Positions 36,045 through 45,694 of a stretch of 64,000 nt of DNA are shown here, in pieces. A program made the translations under genes and the position numbers. Position 1 is the first letter of the stretch; every line of letters begins with the position of its first letter. The DNA comes from a virus: positions 6,342 to 70,341 of IMG/VR virus record IMGVR_UViG_3300025102_000019, one strand, 5' to 3'. The notes under the pieces are model-generated. The model ran no database searches, had not been told where the DNA came from, and was given only the letters and a program-made list of their open reading frames with translations.

Positions 36045-39000
36045 CTAAACTGTTGTTGCTTCTTTATCTGGACCTGAATCTTCGTTTTTGATACCCTTAT
36101 CCTTCTTTTGTTGTCGCTTCATATGTGGATATGGTTTTTCATCATCTTCTGTGGGTCTTGCCCTCATATCATAGTCAGGCAAGGTCTGCTCCCCATCTAG
36201 GGTTGTTGGTCCTCTAGGACTTTCTACACTACCACCTAGTTCTATTCCTAGTCCCTTTCCACCGCTCATTGGAAAATGTCCCTTCTCTAGAGCATCCAGA
36301 ACCCTAACCATAACACCGAGGGCTTTCTCCATCTGTGGTTTGAGCAGTTGGTTCTTTTCTGCTAAGGTCTTGGCCTTGTCCTGTACTTTCTTCTCAGGTA
36401 TGGGTCTTTTCTCGACCTTGCCTTTGAGTATCATGCTAGCAACCTGAGACCAATATGGTTTGAGACTGTCAGACAATCTGATTGAGTAGTCTGACTCACC
36501 GAACTCCGAGAGGAGTGTGCGTGGTGAGTGTACCCAATATCCCAAGTCTGATTTTTCCAATGTGTAGAATACGTCGTTGTCAATGCATGTCTTGACAATC
36601 AAGGTGTTGTCCTCTATATCCACATCATGCGGGAAGTGTAGATTTGGTACGGACTTGGCTAGTATGTTGAGTGTCTCCATGCTGACGCTGGACTCACCTT
36701 CTCCCTCACCCACTATCTTCACTGGATTCAAGTCGTATACTTCTCTCCCATTGATTTTCTTTCTTTTGATGCCAGTAACTTCCACCTCGACTATGTCACC
36801 CTCTTCAAATGATTTAGGACTAGATACCGTACCTACGTCTAGATATACTTCCCCTTCGTAGTCTACTGTGGCATTCTCTATACCCTCATCGTCAATCAGA
36901 GGTCCTGCACCTAACCTGTATGTGATGCTCTTCTTGCCTCTCTTGTCTAGAATCCTGAGGTTGACATTCTTGTTGGGTCTGAGTAGAACCCACTTCGGGT
37001 GTCTCTTCTCTCCCTTCATGTATGTGCTTTTACCGTCTCTGATGAGTAGGCAGTCATGTTCCTCAAGAAGTGACTTTACCGTGTCTTCCAGACCATCATC
37101 GTCAGTCATGCGTGTGTCGTGTGGTCCGGGCACAGTGACGTTGTCGTATCCATCGAACTGTCCCCTGAGTATCTTCAGTCTCTCTTGTATGGTCATATCT
37201 GTTATATCGGTATCATCGTAGTAGGTGATGTCGATGATGTGCAACTCGTCATCTGAGAGTATACCGTCTAATGTGCAGTCCTTCTTCCCTAGGTTGTTGA
37301 CACCATCCTTGACCCAATCAGGAATGCTCATTCTTGAGTTATGTTCGTTGTACGCTGATACCTTGTCGTTCAACTTCATGACCACGACCCTCTCTCCCTC
37401 ATACCACTTGGATACCACCCAAGAGCCAGTGAAACCCCTGAGTTGCTCCATGTCCTTGAAGTTGAATATCCTGTGCATGGGTCGTATTGGCGGTACGAAG
37501 TTCGGTGTGTCATCCCCTTTCAGCATCAGTGAGTCTGGGTTGAGAAGGAAGGCTGCGTAGTCAGATGGCTCGCTGGTCGTTATCGAGTAAGGCTGGGCTG
37601 CTGGTACAGTACCGTCTGGGTAGACCATGTACTGATTAGCACCCGTCATAGAGACGTTCTGGTCATCGAGGCTCTGGACTGCTGCTGCCACTTCTCCCCC
37701 GAAATGTTGTTGGATGACTGACATGGGTACTGCGTGCATCGGCTGAGGAGCGGCTGTCGGTCCTGACGTGAGTTTACCGAAGGTGGCATCGAATGACTCG
37801 GCTGGTTTCCTGAGTCTGTGGTTGCCGTGCTCCATGAGTCCTGAGTATCCGTAGAGGTCCATGACGGGTGTGCCTTGTACTCCTATAGGGTGCAAATCCC
37901 TTGCTCCGAATCCTATGGCCTCACTCTCAATCATAGCAGGTGACGATGATAGGTCGAAGTTGGGGTCATGCACGAAGAGGTCCTTGCTCGCATGTTGAAT
38001 GTAGTCTGCTCTTCTTCTCAAATCACCACCCTCTGCTTGACCACTTCGTCGTGCTTTGATTGGTTTATTGGAGAGCAGAGAGCGTCTTTCCCTACCCCTA
38101 CCTATCTCAGGGGCTGCGAAGTACGTCAGACCTAGATTGTCCTGAACCTCCTTGGGAAGGCTGTTGACCTGACCCCTGAGTCCCCTCATCTGGGACTCTA
38201 TGCGTTTTGTGTACCCAAGTAAACCATCTTGGGAAAAACCGTACTTCTCCTCAGACTCCTCGTTGGAGAGTCTCTTGTTGTCGGAGGTGCGGTCTCTAGT
38301 GGATGCGAATATCTTCCCTGCATGGTCATGCATGTGCTCTATGTCATCATAACCCAAGAACATCCTTTGGCCCTCTCCTATATACAACTCAGGGGGATTT
38401 GTCGTCATGGAATTGAGAGACATGATTACTCTGTGGTCATCCTCGTTGTTGGGGTCGAGTGACGCTTTTATCGAGTCCAGCACGTTTCCATAGTGCGCTG
38501 AGTGAGTACCATCCTCACCCATGCCTAGATGTTTTACTAGGTCGTCTAGGGTTGTTTTCGAGTCTACTCTGAATCCGTGCTCTCGCATGTGCTCTGGTAG
38601 TCTGTGGAGTCCAGTCCTCTGCAAGTCTGTTTGCTTTTTGTCTAAACCATGCTCCATCACCTTGAGGTTGTTTGTCCAAGTCTCACCGTTGGGTAGTTCT
38701 ATCTCCGCACCCCTCGGTAGATGCATCAAGACCATGTTGGCATCCCTGAACAGACCGTCAATCTCCGCATCCAAGTTGGGGTTGTCAGGGCTGAACGTGC
38801 CCTCTGGTTTGAGTTGCCTGAGAACTATCGCCATCCGTTCTATTGCTTGGTGATGGGATTGTACCCTGTCCATGCGCTCCCTTAATCTACTTTCAGCCTT
38901 TGGAGCATCAGAATAAACTGTTCTGGTTTGGCCTTGTAAGTGCTTTCCACGTAATTCTTTCTCTTTCGGTAGGTCAATATCCATATGCTGGAAAAACTCG

Positions 39001-41624
39001 TTAATGGCCTGCTCATCACCGCTCCTAGCACCGAAAGATGGAAGGTTCACTCCCAACACTTTTTTGTCCAGTCTCAGTCTACCACGAGGTCTTTCGTTTC
39101 CGGTTCTTCCCAACATGGTTGCTATGGCGTGTGCCCAGATATGTTGATGTGTAGAAACTTGGTCTGGGTCTATCTTCTCCTCGTATGTATCCTGCACGTT
39201 GTCTCCGGTCGATAACGCCTCACCCACTCCTATGGTTGATGCTAGGTTCGTAGCGCCTATGTCTGCCTCTTTCTTTTTTGACCTCTTGTACCCCTTGCCG
39301 TGCGGTATTCTTGAGTTGGTAGCACCGGAAGCGTAGTCGGGTTTGGTGATTTTGAAGAACTTGCCGTACTTCTCCTTCACATCATCTTCTGACATTCTGG
39401 ATATGGTGTTGACCAGACCGGGTGACAAGTGTGAAAGGTTTGCGAGAATCTGATTCTTCGGAGTCGTGCCGTCTCCTCCTACGACCATAGACTGTCCGTA
39501 CTTGGATAGTATATTTGCTGGGGTGTTGAAGACACCACGCTTGTGATTGAGGAAAGGTGCAATCATTCCTATGTTGAACTCATTGGGTGTTATGCGCTCA
39601 CCATCTACCATCCCTAGATGACTCTCACCCTCTGCGTTTGAGAAGTGCCTGAAAATCATCTCCATCAACGTGTGTGGGTTTCTACCAAGACCACCAGCAG
39701 CGAAGGCCGGAGCGAAGAAAGCACCTAGGCCGTAGTGACCTGTGCTATCGGGAATCCTCAAGTCCTGCATGACCTCGGCCATCTCCGGGTCAATCTCGGA
39801 CTCATCGAAGTACAGACCTCCATGTAGGAGCATGTCGTTGCGTATGTCCTTGGCATCCTTGCCTAGGTCTCCTTGAGACTTGGCTTTGGAGAGTACCGAC
39901 ATTAGTGTGTCCCTGTCGAGCAGAGGACCTGAGAAGTTGGGATAGTGATGGTTGTCATCCTCGCTCATCTCAGTCATGTCCTCGTTGTATCCCAATGCGT
40001 AGAGAATCTCCTTCTTGGATAGCCTAACATCTTCTTTATGGCCTGTGTTGATTATGTCATTCAGGGACTTGTCATAGTGAGCGGCTATCGCATCCTCCTC
40101 GGATGCACCCTCTTTCTTCTTCTGGTATCTCTTGATTGACCTCTCACTGTGCTTCGACAACTTGGGTAGGTGGTTGAACTCCTTGTGTGCCTTGCCGGTC
40201 TCCTTGTGGAAGTGACCATCCTTGTCAAGACCGTTCTCATCATTGGCTTTGACGAACTCCAGACCCAGAGCCTCTCTGAGGTTGTCGTGTATAGTGTCCC
40301 TGTGCTCGAAGTCGTCATCATGCACTATGTCGTGAAGTGCTGAGAAGAACTCGTCTTGTTGTTTGTTGGATAATTGCTCCTCGTTATTCTCCCTATGTGG
40401 TATGATATTCTCGTTAGTGAAGCCATGCTTCCTGCCACCCCAGTTTGACATTGAATTGAGTATGTGTTGTGTTGACCTCTTTATCCTCCCAGCAGATACC
40501 GTAGTGCCGTCTGGTAGTTTGATGTCTTGGTTTCCCACCTTGTCCAAACCATCCTGCATCTTGTTCATTATCGCTGTCCTCTCTCTGGGAGAGAACCACT
40601 GTAGTTGGTGTATGAAACCACCAAGACCCAGATTGTATCCATGGTCGATAGTCTCCGCTGGTGGCATTTTGCCTTCCTTGTCTGCTAGTGCGTAGTCGAA
40701 GGGCTGCTCCTTGACCTCAGTGTCCATGTGTTTGTGATTCCAACTCCTAGCCCTGTCGTCTGCGTGTAGTTTCCTAAGAGCCAGTTCCTCCTGCGAATGG
40801 AAGTGACCTTCTGGTATCTCGTCTGACAGCCCCTCTGCTCTGGCATCTGCGATAGAGCCTGTCCTCCAAGACCCGTCGTGGTCCACCTCACCAGTCTCAG
40901 GGTTGATGCTCTTCCACTCCTCGTCACCACTGAGCCAGCGCTGGTAGTCCCTCTCGTACACGTCTTGCATGGTCTTGAGTGATACGTCCTTCAGACCACC
41001 GAGAGGACCGAGACCGTGGAAGTTCCTCACTGTGTTGCCCTCTAGGTCCAACTTCTCCATACCCTTGTGGTGTGGACTGCCCTTCTTCCTGAGCATCCTG
41101 TCTTGTGCATGCTCCACAGCCGCTGATATCTTTCCGTGGGTCTTGTGGTTGGTGAGCGTGGGTAGCATCTGCCTGACCATCAACTCGTCTCTGATTGAAC
41201 GCCCTGAGGGTAGCATCCTCTTCGACGGGTCGTAGTGACTGCTGAAGGGATTGGACTTGGAATCACCGTAGGGTACTATACCCATATCTGCGACCTCAAG
41301 GTCGTGATGGTGCGAAGCCCCTCTCCTCTTGACCCTGCCTCTCCAAGGTTGAGTCTTGGAGAGATGTTGTTGGTTCTGCTCGGCTTGTATGGCTAGGAAT
41401 TGTTGTTTCGGTATGTATCCTTTACCATTGTAAGTCATTTTTCTGACGAAGGATTCGCATATGTTCTCCTTCCAAGTGATGTCATTGGTGAAGCCATCCT
41501 GCTCCATCACCGCTTTGGCGATGACGTATTCCTCTATACTTCCATCTACGTCTAGTCCGTCTAGAATACTGAGCAGGAGTTGTTCTCTTGCCTTCACGAA
41601 CGTGGATACTGAGTCTTCATACAC
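36045..41624 (-). CDS. 1859-aa head-module protein with C-terminal degenerate ATP-dependent DNA ligase (nucleotidyltransferase + OB) fold
   Basis: Ligase-like motifs in order: SKWYEGER, CTLDGIL, HIIDITYY, ERLKIL, DCLLIRDGKSTY, RHPKWVLLR, then OB-like GDIVEVEVTG. The long H/D/E-rich N-terminal region was not recognised. Confidence 0.7.
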   Translation of the reverse strand: MYEDSVSTFVKAREQLLLSILDGLDVDGSIEEYVIAKAVMEQDGFTNDITWKENICESFVRKMTYNGKGYIPKQQFLAIQAEQNQQHLSKTQPWRGRVKRRGASHHHDLEVADMGIVPYGDSKSNPFSSHYDPSKRMLPSGRSIRDELMVRQMLPTLTNHKTHGKISAAVEHAQDRMLRKKGSPHHKGMEKLDLEGNTVRNFHGLGPLGGLKDVSLKTMQDVYERDYQRWLSGDEEWKSINPETGEVDHDGSWRTGSIADARAEGLSDEIPEGHFHSQEELALRKLHADDRARSWNHKHMDTEVKEQPFDYALADKEGKMPPAETIDHGYNLGLGGFIHQLQWFSPRERTAIMNKMQDGLDKVGNQDIKLPDGTTVSAGRIKRSTQHILNSMSNWGGRKHGFTNENIIPHRENNEEQLSNKQQDEFFSALHDIVHDDDFEHRDTIHDNLREALGLEFVKANDENGLDKDGHFHKETGKAHKEFNHLPKLSKHSERSIKRYQKKKEGASEEDAIAAHYDKSLNDIINTGHKEDVRLSKKEILYALGYNEDMTEMSEDDNHHYPNFSGPLLDRDTLMSVLSKAKSQGDLGKDAKDIRNDMLLHGGLYFDESEIDPEMAEVMQDLRIPDSTGHYGLGAFFAPAFAAGGLGRNPHTLMEMIFRHFSNAEGESHLGMVDGERITPNEFNIGMIAPFLNHKRGVFNTPANILSKYGQSMVVGGDGTTPKNQILANLSHLSPGLVNTISRMSEDDVKEKYGKFFKITKPDYASGATNSRIPHGKGYKRSKKKEADIGATNLASTIGVGEALSTGDNVQDTYEEKIDPDQVSTHQHIWAHAIATMLGRTGNERPRGRLRLDKKVLGVNLPSFGARSGDEQAINEFFQHMDIDLPKEKELRGKHLQGQTRTVYSDAPKAESRLRERMDRVQSHHQAIERMAIVLRQLKPEGTFSPDNPNLDAEIDGLFRDANMVLMHLPRGAEIELPNGETWTNNLKVMEHGLDKKQTDLQRTGLHRLPEHMREHGFRVDSKTTLDDLVKHLGMGEDGTHSAHYGNVLDSIKASLDPNNEDDHRVIMSLNSMTTNPPELYIGEGQRMFLGYDDIEHMHDHAGKIFASTRDRTSDNKRLSNEESEEKYGFSQDGLLGYTKRIESQMRGLRGQVNSLPKEVQDNLGLTYFAAPEIGRGRERRSLLSNKPIKARRSGQAEGGDLRRRADYIQHASKDLFVHDPNFDLSSSPAMIESEAIGFGARDLHPIGVQGTPVMDLYGYSGLMEHGNHRLRKPAESFDATFGKLTSGPTAAPQPMHAVPMSVIQQHFGGEVAAAVQSLDDQNVSMTGANQYMVYPDGTVPAAQPYSITTSEPSDYAAFLLNPDSLMLKGDDTPNFVPPIRPMHRIFNFKDMEQLRGFTGSWVVSKWYEGERVVVMKLNDKVSAYNEHNSRMSIPDWVKDGVNNLGKKDCTLDGILSDDELHIIDITYYDDTDITDMTIQERLKILRGQFDGYDNVTVPGPHDTRMTDDDGLEDTVKSLLEEHDCLLIRDGKSTYMKGEKRHPKWVLLRPNKNVNLRILDKRGKKSITYRLGAGPLIDDEGIENATVDYEGEVYLDVGTVSSPKSFEEGDIVEVEVTGIKRKKINGREVYDLNPVKIVGEGEGESSVSMETLNILAKSVPNLHFPHDVDIEDNTLIVKTCIDNDVFYTLEKSDLGYWVHSPRTLLSEFGESDYSIRLSDSLKPYWSQVASMILKGKVEKRPIPEKKVQDKAKTLAEKNQLLKPQMEKALGVMVRVLDALEKGHFPMSGGKGLGIELGGSVESPRGPTTLDGEQTLPDYDMRARPTEDDEKPYPHMKRQQKKDKGIKNEDSGPDKEATTV

Positions 41625-41634
41625 ACGTTACCAC

Positions 41635-41988
41635 CTAGTCTCTATCTGGTTGTTTGTTGTCTGTGGAAACGTCACGGTCTTGGTCTCCACCTTGATGTGC
41701 ATTCATCCTCTTTGCAAGTTCTTCGACATTGAAGGAACTGGAAGTTGCACCTTTGTTGGCTACGTCCTCCACATCTAGTAGATGTCCGTTGGTCGAGTAC
41801 CCTGCGCTTTTGGTCTGTCCACCGGTCTCTGATACGAAATGCATGCCCTCTGGTTTTGTGGAGAAAGTCTGTTCGTAGTTAGGTTGAGCGGATTTCTCAA
41901 GTTTCTCTGCCCTCTTTGCTAGATTTTGTGCTTTCTTCAATAGTGCTTCTGCCTCATTGGAAACTTCTTCATATCTCGGTCTCATCAT
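41635..41988 (-). CDS. hypothetical head-module protein
   Basis: 117 aa. GGAGG RBS; contains ALLKKA and LEKSA. Confidence 0.6.
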   Translation of the reverse strand: MMRPRYEEVSNEAEALLKKAQNLAKRAEKLEKSAQPNYEQTFSTKPEGMHFVSETGGQTKSAGYSTNGHLLDVEDVANKGATSSSFNVEELAKRMNAHQGGDQDRDVSTDNKQPDRD

Positions 41989-42335
41989 AATACCTCCACG
42001 TTCTTGGTGCTGTCTGCCAAATCGTGAATGTCATCCCAAGACATCTGGTGTACGTCTTCGTTGCTCATCACACCAATGTCTACTCTTTTGCCTTTCAATA
42101 GAGTAGCCTCTCCCATATCTAGGTCTGCTCTGAAATTATCAGTTTCTACATCCTCAGAGAGAGGTGTGTTGACTGATATGAAACCTGCTCTTTTGAGTAG
42201 GTTTCCGGGTCTTTGAATCATTTTCTTGAGTTCTATGTTCTCTTGTTTCAAACTATCGAGAGAACGGTCCATGGACTCCATCTTGTTGATTAGAGCATTC
42301 ATTAACCGCTCTGTTCCACTCTCTTCGGTTGTCAC
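41985..42335 (-). CDS. small coiled-coil scaffold-like protein
   Basis: N-terminal coiled coil. The C-terminal MSWDDIHDLA matches the protease-scaffold C-terminus MSWDEVHNLA. Confidence 0.6.
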   Translation of the reverse strand: MTTEESGTERLMNALINKMESMDRSLDSLKQENIELKKMIQRPGNLLKRAGFISVNTPLSEDVETDNFRADLDMGEATLLKGKRVDIGVMSNEDVHQMSWDDIHDLADSTKNVEVL

Positions 42336-42344
42336 ACTTAATCC

Positions 42345-42701
42345 TCACTCTGGTCTGTATGCTCTTCCGAAAGTACCAGTGTGGGGTCTCATCCTGCTGT
42401 TGCTTCGTGCAGAAATGATTGTGCCCGGCAACTGACTGTCTCTTTGATTGACATCGAAATTAGTGCCTCTCTCATTGAACTTCATAGGTGCTACACCATT
42501 TACGTATTCGGAAAGCGGGTTATCCGCTTTGGTTAGTTTGACACTTAGGTCCTCGTGCAGGTATCCACCGAACTTCAGCATCTCCTCTAGATGTTGTTTC
42601 GCATCATCTGCGTTTCCATTTTCAAAAGCCTTGGTGAAGGCTTCTGCATGCACGTTTAACTTCCTAGCCATCGGGTCTAACTTCAATAGGTCCATACTCA
42701 C
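42345..42701 (-). CDS. hypothetical head-module protein
   Basis: 118 aa after the portal gene. An AATTAAAG TATA-like box lies upstream (42725-42732). Confidence 0.55.
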   Translation of the reverse strand: MSMDLLKLDPMARKLNVHAEAFTKAFENGNADDAKQHLEEMLKFGGYLHEDLSVKLTKADNPLSEYVNGVAPMKFNERGTNFDVNQRDSQLPGTIISARSNSRMRPHTGTFGRAYRPE

Positions 42702-42736
42702 TCGTGCCCTCCGAAGTGTTGTTCCTTTAATTATCC

Positions 42737-44473
42737 TTATGCACCACGAGGGCGTTTTGCGTCTGAAATGCCACGTTGTGCTCTCTGAACGGGAGTTTGT
42801 TGTGGTCCTCTCTGTTGGACGTTGGAAAACGGTGAGCCTGCTCCTGCTGTGGCTCTTTGTTCAGGCCTTGCTGGTGGTGCGTTTCTGATACCCATACCTT
42901 CACCACCGGGATTTGCTATTCCGGGTGGCATACCCTGTACTCTCTGCATGACTCCGGGCGGCATACCGGGCGGCATTGCCCCTCCCGGTGGCATTCCGGG
43001 TGGCATTCCGGGTGGCATCATAGGCATACCACCGCCTCCGGGCGGCATCCCTTGTCCTTCCATAGGGTCTACCTTCTTGTATACGAAACGAATGTCCCTC
43101 TCTCCCTCTTCGAGTAGTTCGGGTTTGTATCCTAGCATCATCATTCGTTGTGCTAGGTTGGCTTCCATCTCGTCTCTTCTGAGTCTGGTTATCTCATCTT
43201 CCTCCTCGTTCGGGTAGAGTGTTAATTTCCAGTCTTCTACTCCCATCTCTTTGAGCATGCGTGGGAATAGCACATCGGTGTATACCTTCTGACCATACTC
43301 CACAGCCCGATTGGTAACGAGAATCTGCATCCCCTCGTTGTTGAGACCGCCACTCTTGCCGTTGTCAATCATGAAGACTGCTGATACCCCATAGAATGCT
43401 GCTATCCTGTTTCTCATCTCGTCACGAACAGCGATGTACTGCATCTCCTCAAGCGTGTCCATGAACTTAATCCAATTGACACCCCCTCTTCCACTGGAAC
43501 TCTCTATACCGACTTTAGGAATGTAGTGGGGGTCTCTCTCCATCTTCTCATCGACTGTCTTCCAGAAGGATTTCATCGACTCTAGATTGTCGGTCGTGAC
43601 TGATATGATTCCCTTGGGTGCTCTTCTTTTCTGATAGGATGTGTACATGTAATTGTCCATCGCTGTGAGTGTCATGGCCTGTCTCCACATTGTGTTGACT
43701 GGACTTCTTCCGTAGAGTTTCGAGGGATTGTACTTGCTGACGTGTAGTACCTCACCCTTGAGGTAGTACTGACTCTTACCGCTACCAGCCATGTTGATGT
43801 AATGCACGTCTTCCATCTGCCCACCGCAGACTTGGCAGTCACCCTCTTGACCGGGATATGATACCTGCGTCCTGTGAAGAGGGCAGACCTTGTACCTACC
43901 ACCTCTGACTCCTCTCTTGTCTGATACTATACGCATGAATATGGGGTCGCCACGAATGAGTTCCTTTACTCTGAAAAACTGTATCTCTCCATTATCTGGG
44001 TCAACGTAATACTCCTTCACTATAATTAGAAATGCGTCGTCAACGACATTGAGGTCCTTCTCTATCTCATACAGAACATGCATGAAATCTTGCTCCATCG
44101 AGTTCTGCTCCTTGAGAAGCCATCTTGGGTAGATAATCTCGTCTGGACTTGGTGGTCTTACCGGACTTTGACATGATGTGCACATCTCTACGTCATGATG
44201 GTATTCCTCGCCGCAGGTGTCACACTTGAATCTGAATCTCTTTTCCCAGAAGTACCCTCTCCTGAATATCTCCTGCTGTAGTTTTGACAGGACTGTTCTG
44301 AGAATCAGGTTCTCATGTGATACAGCGTACAGGGCTGGGATGGTAATACCCTGAGCCAGCACTGGTTCTTGTATCCCAGTGGTATACAGGGGCATCTGTG
44401 GTTGAGGTGTAGTTCGCCTCTTGAAAGGGTTCAAAGAGTCTAGGAATCTTCTAACAGGACTCTCATCTGCCAT
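42737..44473 (-). CDS. portal protein with zinc-ribbon insertions and Pro/Gly/Met-rich tail
   Basis: HK97-family portal features: EVLHV..YNP..LYGRSP, RNRIAAFYGVSAVF, GLNNEGMQI. Contains CDTC..CTSC and CPLH..CQVC motifs and MPPG repeats. Located downstream of the terminase gene. Confidence 0.85.
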   Translation of the reverse strand: MADESPVRRFLDSLNPFKRRTTPQPQMPLYTTGIQEPVLAQGITIPALYAVSHENLILRTVLSKLQQEIFRRGYFWEKRFRFKCDTCGEEYHHDVEMCTSCQSPVRPPSPDEIIYPRWLLKEQNSMEQDFMHVLYEIEKDLNVVDDAFLIIVKEYYVDPDNGEIQFFRVKELIRGDPIFMRIVSDKRGVRGGRYKVCPLHRTQVSYPGQEGDCQVCGGQMEDVHYINMAGSGKSQYYLKGEVLHVSKYNPSKLYGRSPVNTMWRQAMTLTAMDNYMYTSYQKRRAPKGIISVTTDNLESMKSFWKTVDEKMERDPHYIPKVGIESSSGRGGVNWIKFMDTLEEMQYIAVRDEMRNRIAAFYGVSAVFMIDNGKSGGLNNEGMQILVTNRAVEYGQKVYTDVLFPRMLKEMGVEDWKLTLYPNEEEDEITRLRRDEMEANLAQRMMMLGYKPELLEEGERDIRFVYKKVDPMEGQGMPPGGGGMPMMPPGMPPGMPPGGAMPPGMPPGVMQRVQGMPPGIANPGGEGMGIRNAPPARPEQRATAGAGSPFSNVQQRGPQQTPVQRAQRGISDAKRPRGA

Positions 44474-45611
44474 CTACATCACCCACCTGTTTAGCAGAGT
44501 CGTGTAGAGCGTCGTGCTTGAGTGTTTCCATCTTTTCAAGCACATATTCCGCTTGTTCCTTCTTAGAAGATAGATATGGTAGCATGTTCTTGAGGATATT
44601 AGACACCTCATTGTCCATGCTGAAGATGAGTCTGTGTTGAGTTGTATGTTGTTTCGAGATTTTTCTATTGAGTTGCAGAGAGCCACCTTGAATCATCTTG
44701 TGCAGTTGCTCGCAATGCACCTTGCCTCTTTTTCCCGGTGATATGAAGCCCAGTGAAACCTCACCTCGCTCAGAGATTTTGATGAATCCATCCGACTCTA
44801 GGAAGTCAGCGGCATATGACCAAGGATTCTTGATGATGATTCCATCGTCATCCATCTTGACGAATGTGCCCTTCTTAGGACCGCTGATGATATCGTACTC
44901 CTCACCGTACATCGAGAGCAACTTGGACAATTTGCCTGCTGTCATGCTCTTGTGTAATATGGACTGGTCTAGCATTCTCTCCTGTAGTCTCCTGCTGGAG
45001 AGAGCACCTTCTAATTGCAGTATATGTGATGCCTTGGTCAGTGTGTCCTGCTCCTTCTGTGTCAGACGTTTAGATTGATGTAGGGTGCTTCTCCACATCT
45101 TCTTGGCATCGGTTTTGCTCTGCATTGCGGTTGCCCAAGCCTGTGATTCATGTTCTCCCCATACATCTGTGAATTGGTCTAGCATCTTCAATGATGAGTC
45201 TGCGCTGTCCCATAGATTACAGGCTTGTATGAGACCGACTCTTCGACTCTCACCGAATCTCCTGAGGCTCTTGAGGTCTCTATCACTAGCACCAAGTTGT
45301 TTTATCGTGCTCTCTTTGCCGTTTGCCCAAGATATTCCTTTGAGTGTGGTCTTCACCTCTAGCGCCTTGAGTGTCCTGACATCGTCAATCAATAGGTCGA
45401 TGTCGGCCTTTACGTCCTTGTTGTTTCTCCTCATCTTCCTAAGTCTCAGTACAAAATCGGAAGCACTGCAACCTAAGTGAGTCTCGAACCAACCGTTTCC
45501 TGTGTTGGAGAATGCATATGAGGGAGTGAACTTCTCCTCTTCCTTCTGTATGGTTTCAGTCTGGAAGTCTATGTCTTCCTTCAGTATGGCACTATACCAG
45601 ATTGTCTTCAC
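44463..45611 (-). CDS. protein with C-terminal LAGLIDADG endonuclease-like domain
   Basis: YAADFLESDGFIKI resembles the LAGLIDADG helix, and ILKNMLPYLSSKKEQA matches the typical end of that domain. No intein termini. Confidence 0.6.
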   Translation of the reverse strand: MKTIWYSAILKEDIDFQTETIQKEEEKFTPSYAFSNTGNGWFETHLGCSASDFVLRLRKMRRNNKDVKADIDLLIDDVRTLKALEVKTTLKGISWANGKESTIKQLGASDRDLKSLRRFGESRRVGLIQACNLWDSADSSLKMLDQFTDVWGEHESQAWATAMQSKTDAKKMWRSTLHQSKRLTQKEQDTLTKASHILQLEGALSSRRLQERMLDQSILHKSMTAGKLSKLLSMYGEEYDIISGPKKGTFVKMDDDGIIIKNPWSYAADFLESDGFIKISERGEVSLGFISPGKRGKVHCEQLHKMIQGGSLQLNRKISKQHTTQHRLIFSMDNEVSNILKNMLPYLSSKKEQAEYVLEKMETLKHDALHDSAKQVGDVDGR

Positions 45612-45694
45612 CCCAGTATGTGTAGAAAACGCCTGTCGTATTGTCTGATATGTTTGTACTAATGTTATTGTTGTATCTTACCATCTCTCTCACC

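Noticed and set aside
42940-43050. GC-rich repeats (CCGGGTGGCATT etc.) as a DNA-level element
   Set aside because: Fully explained by MPPG peptide repeats in the portal C-terminus.
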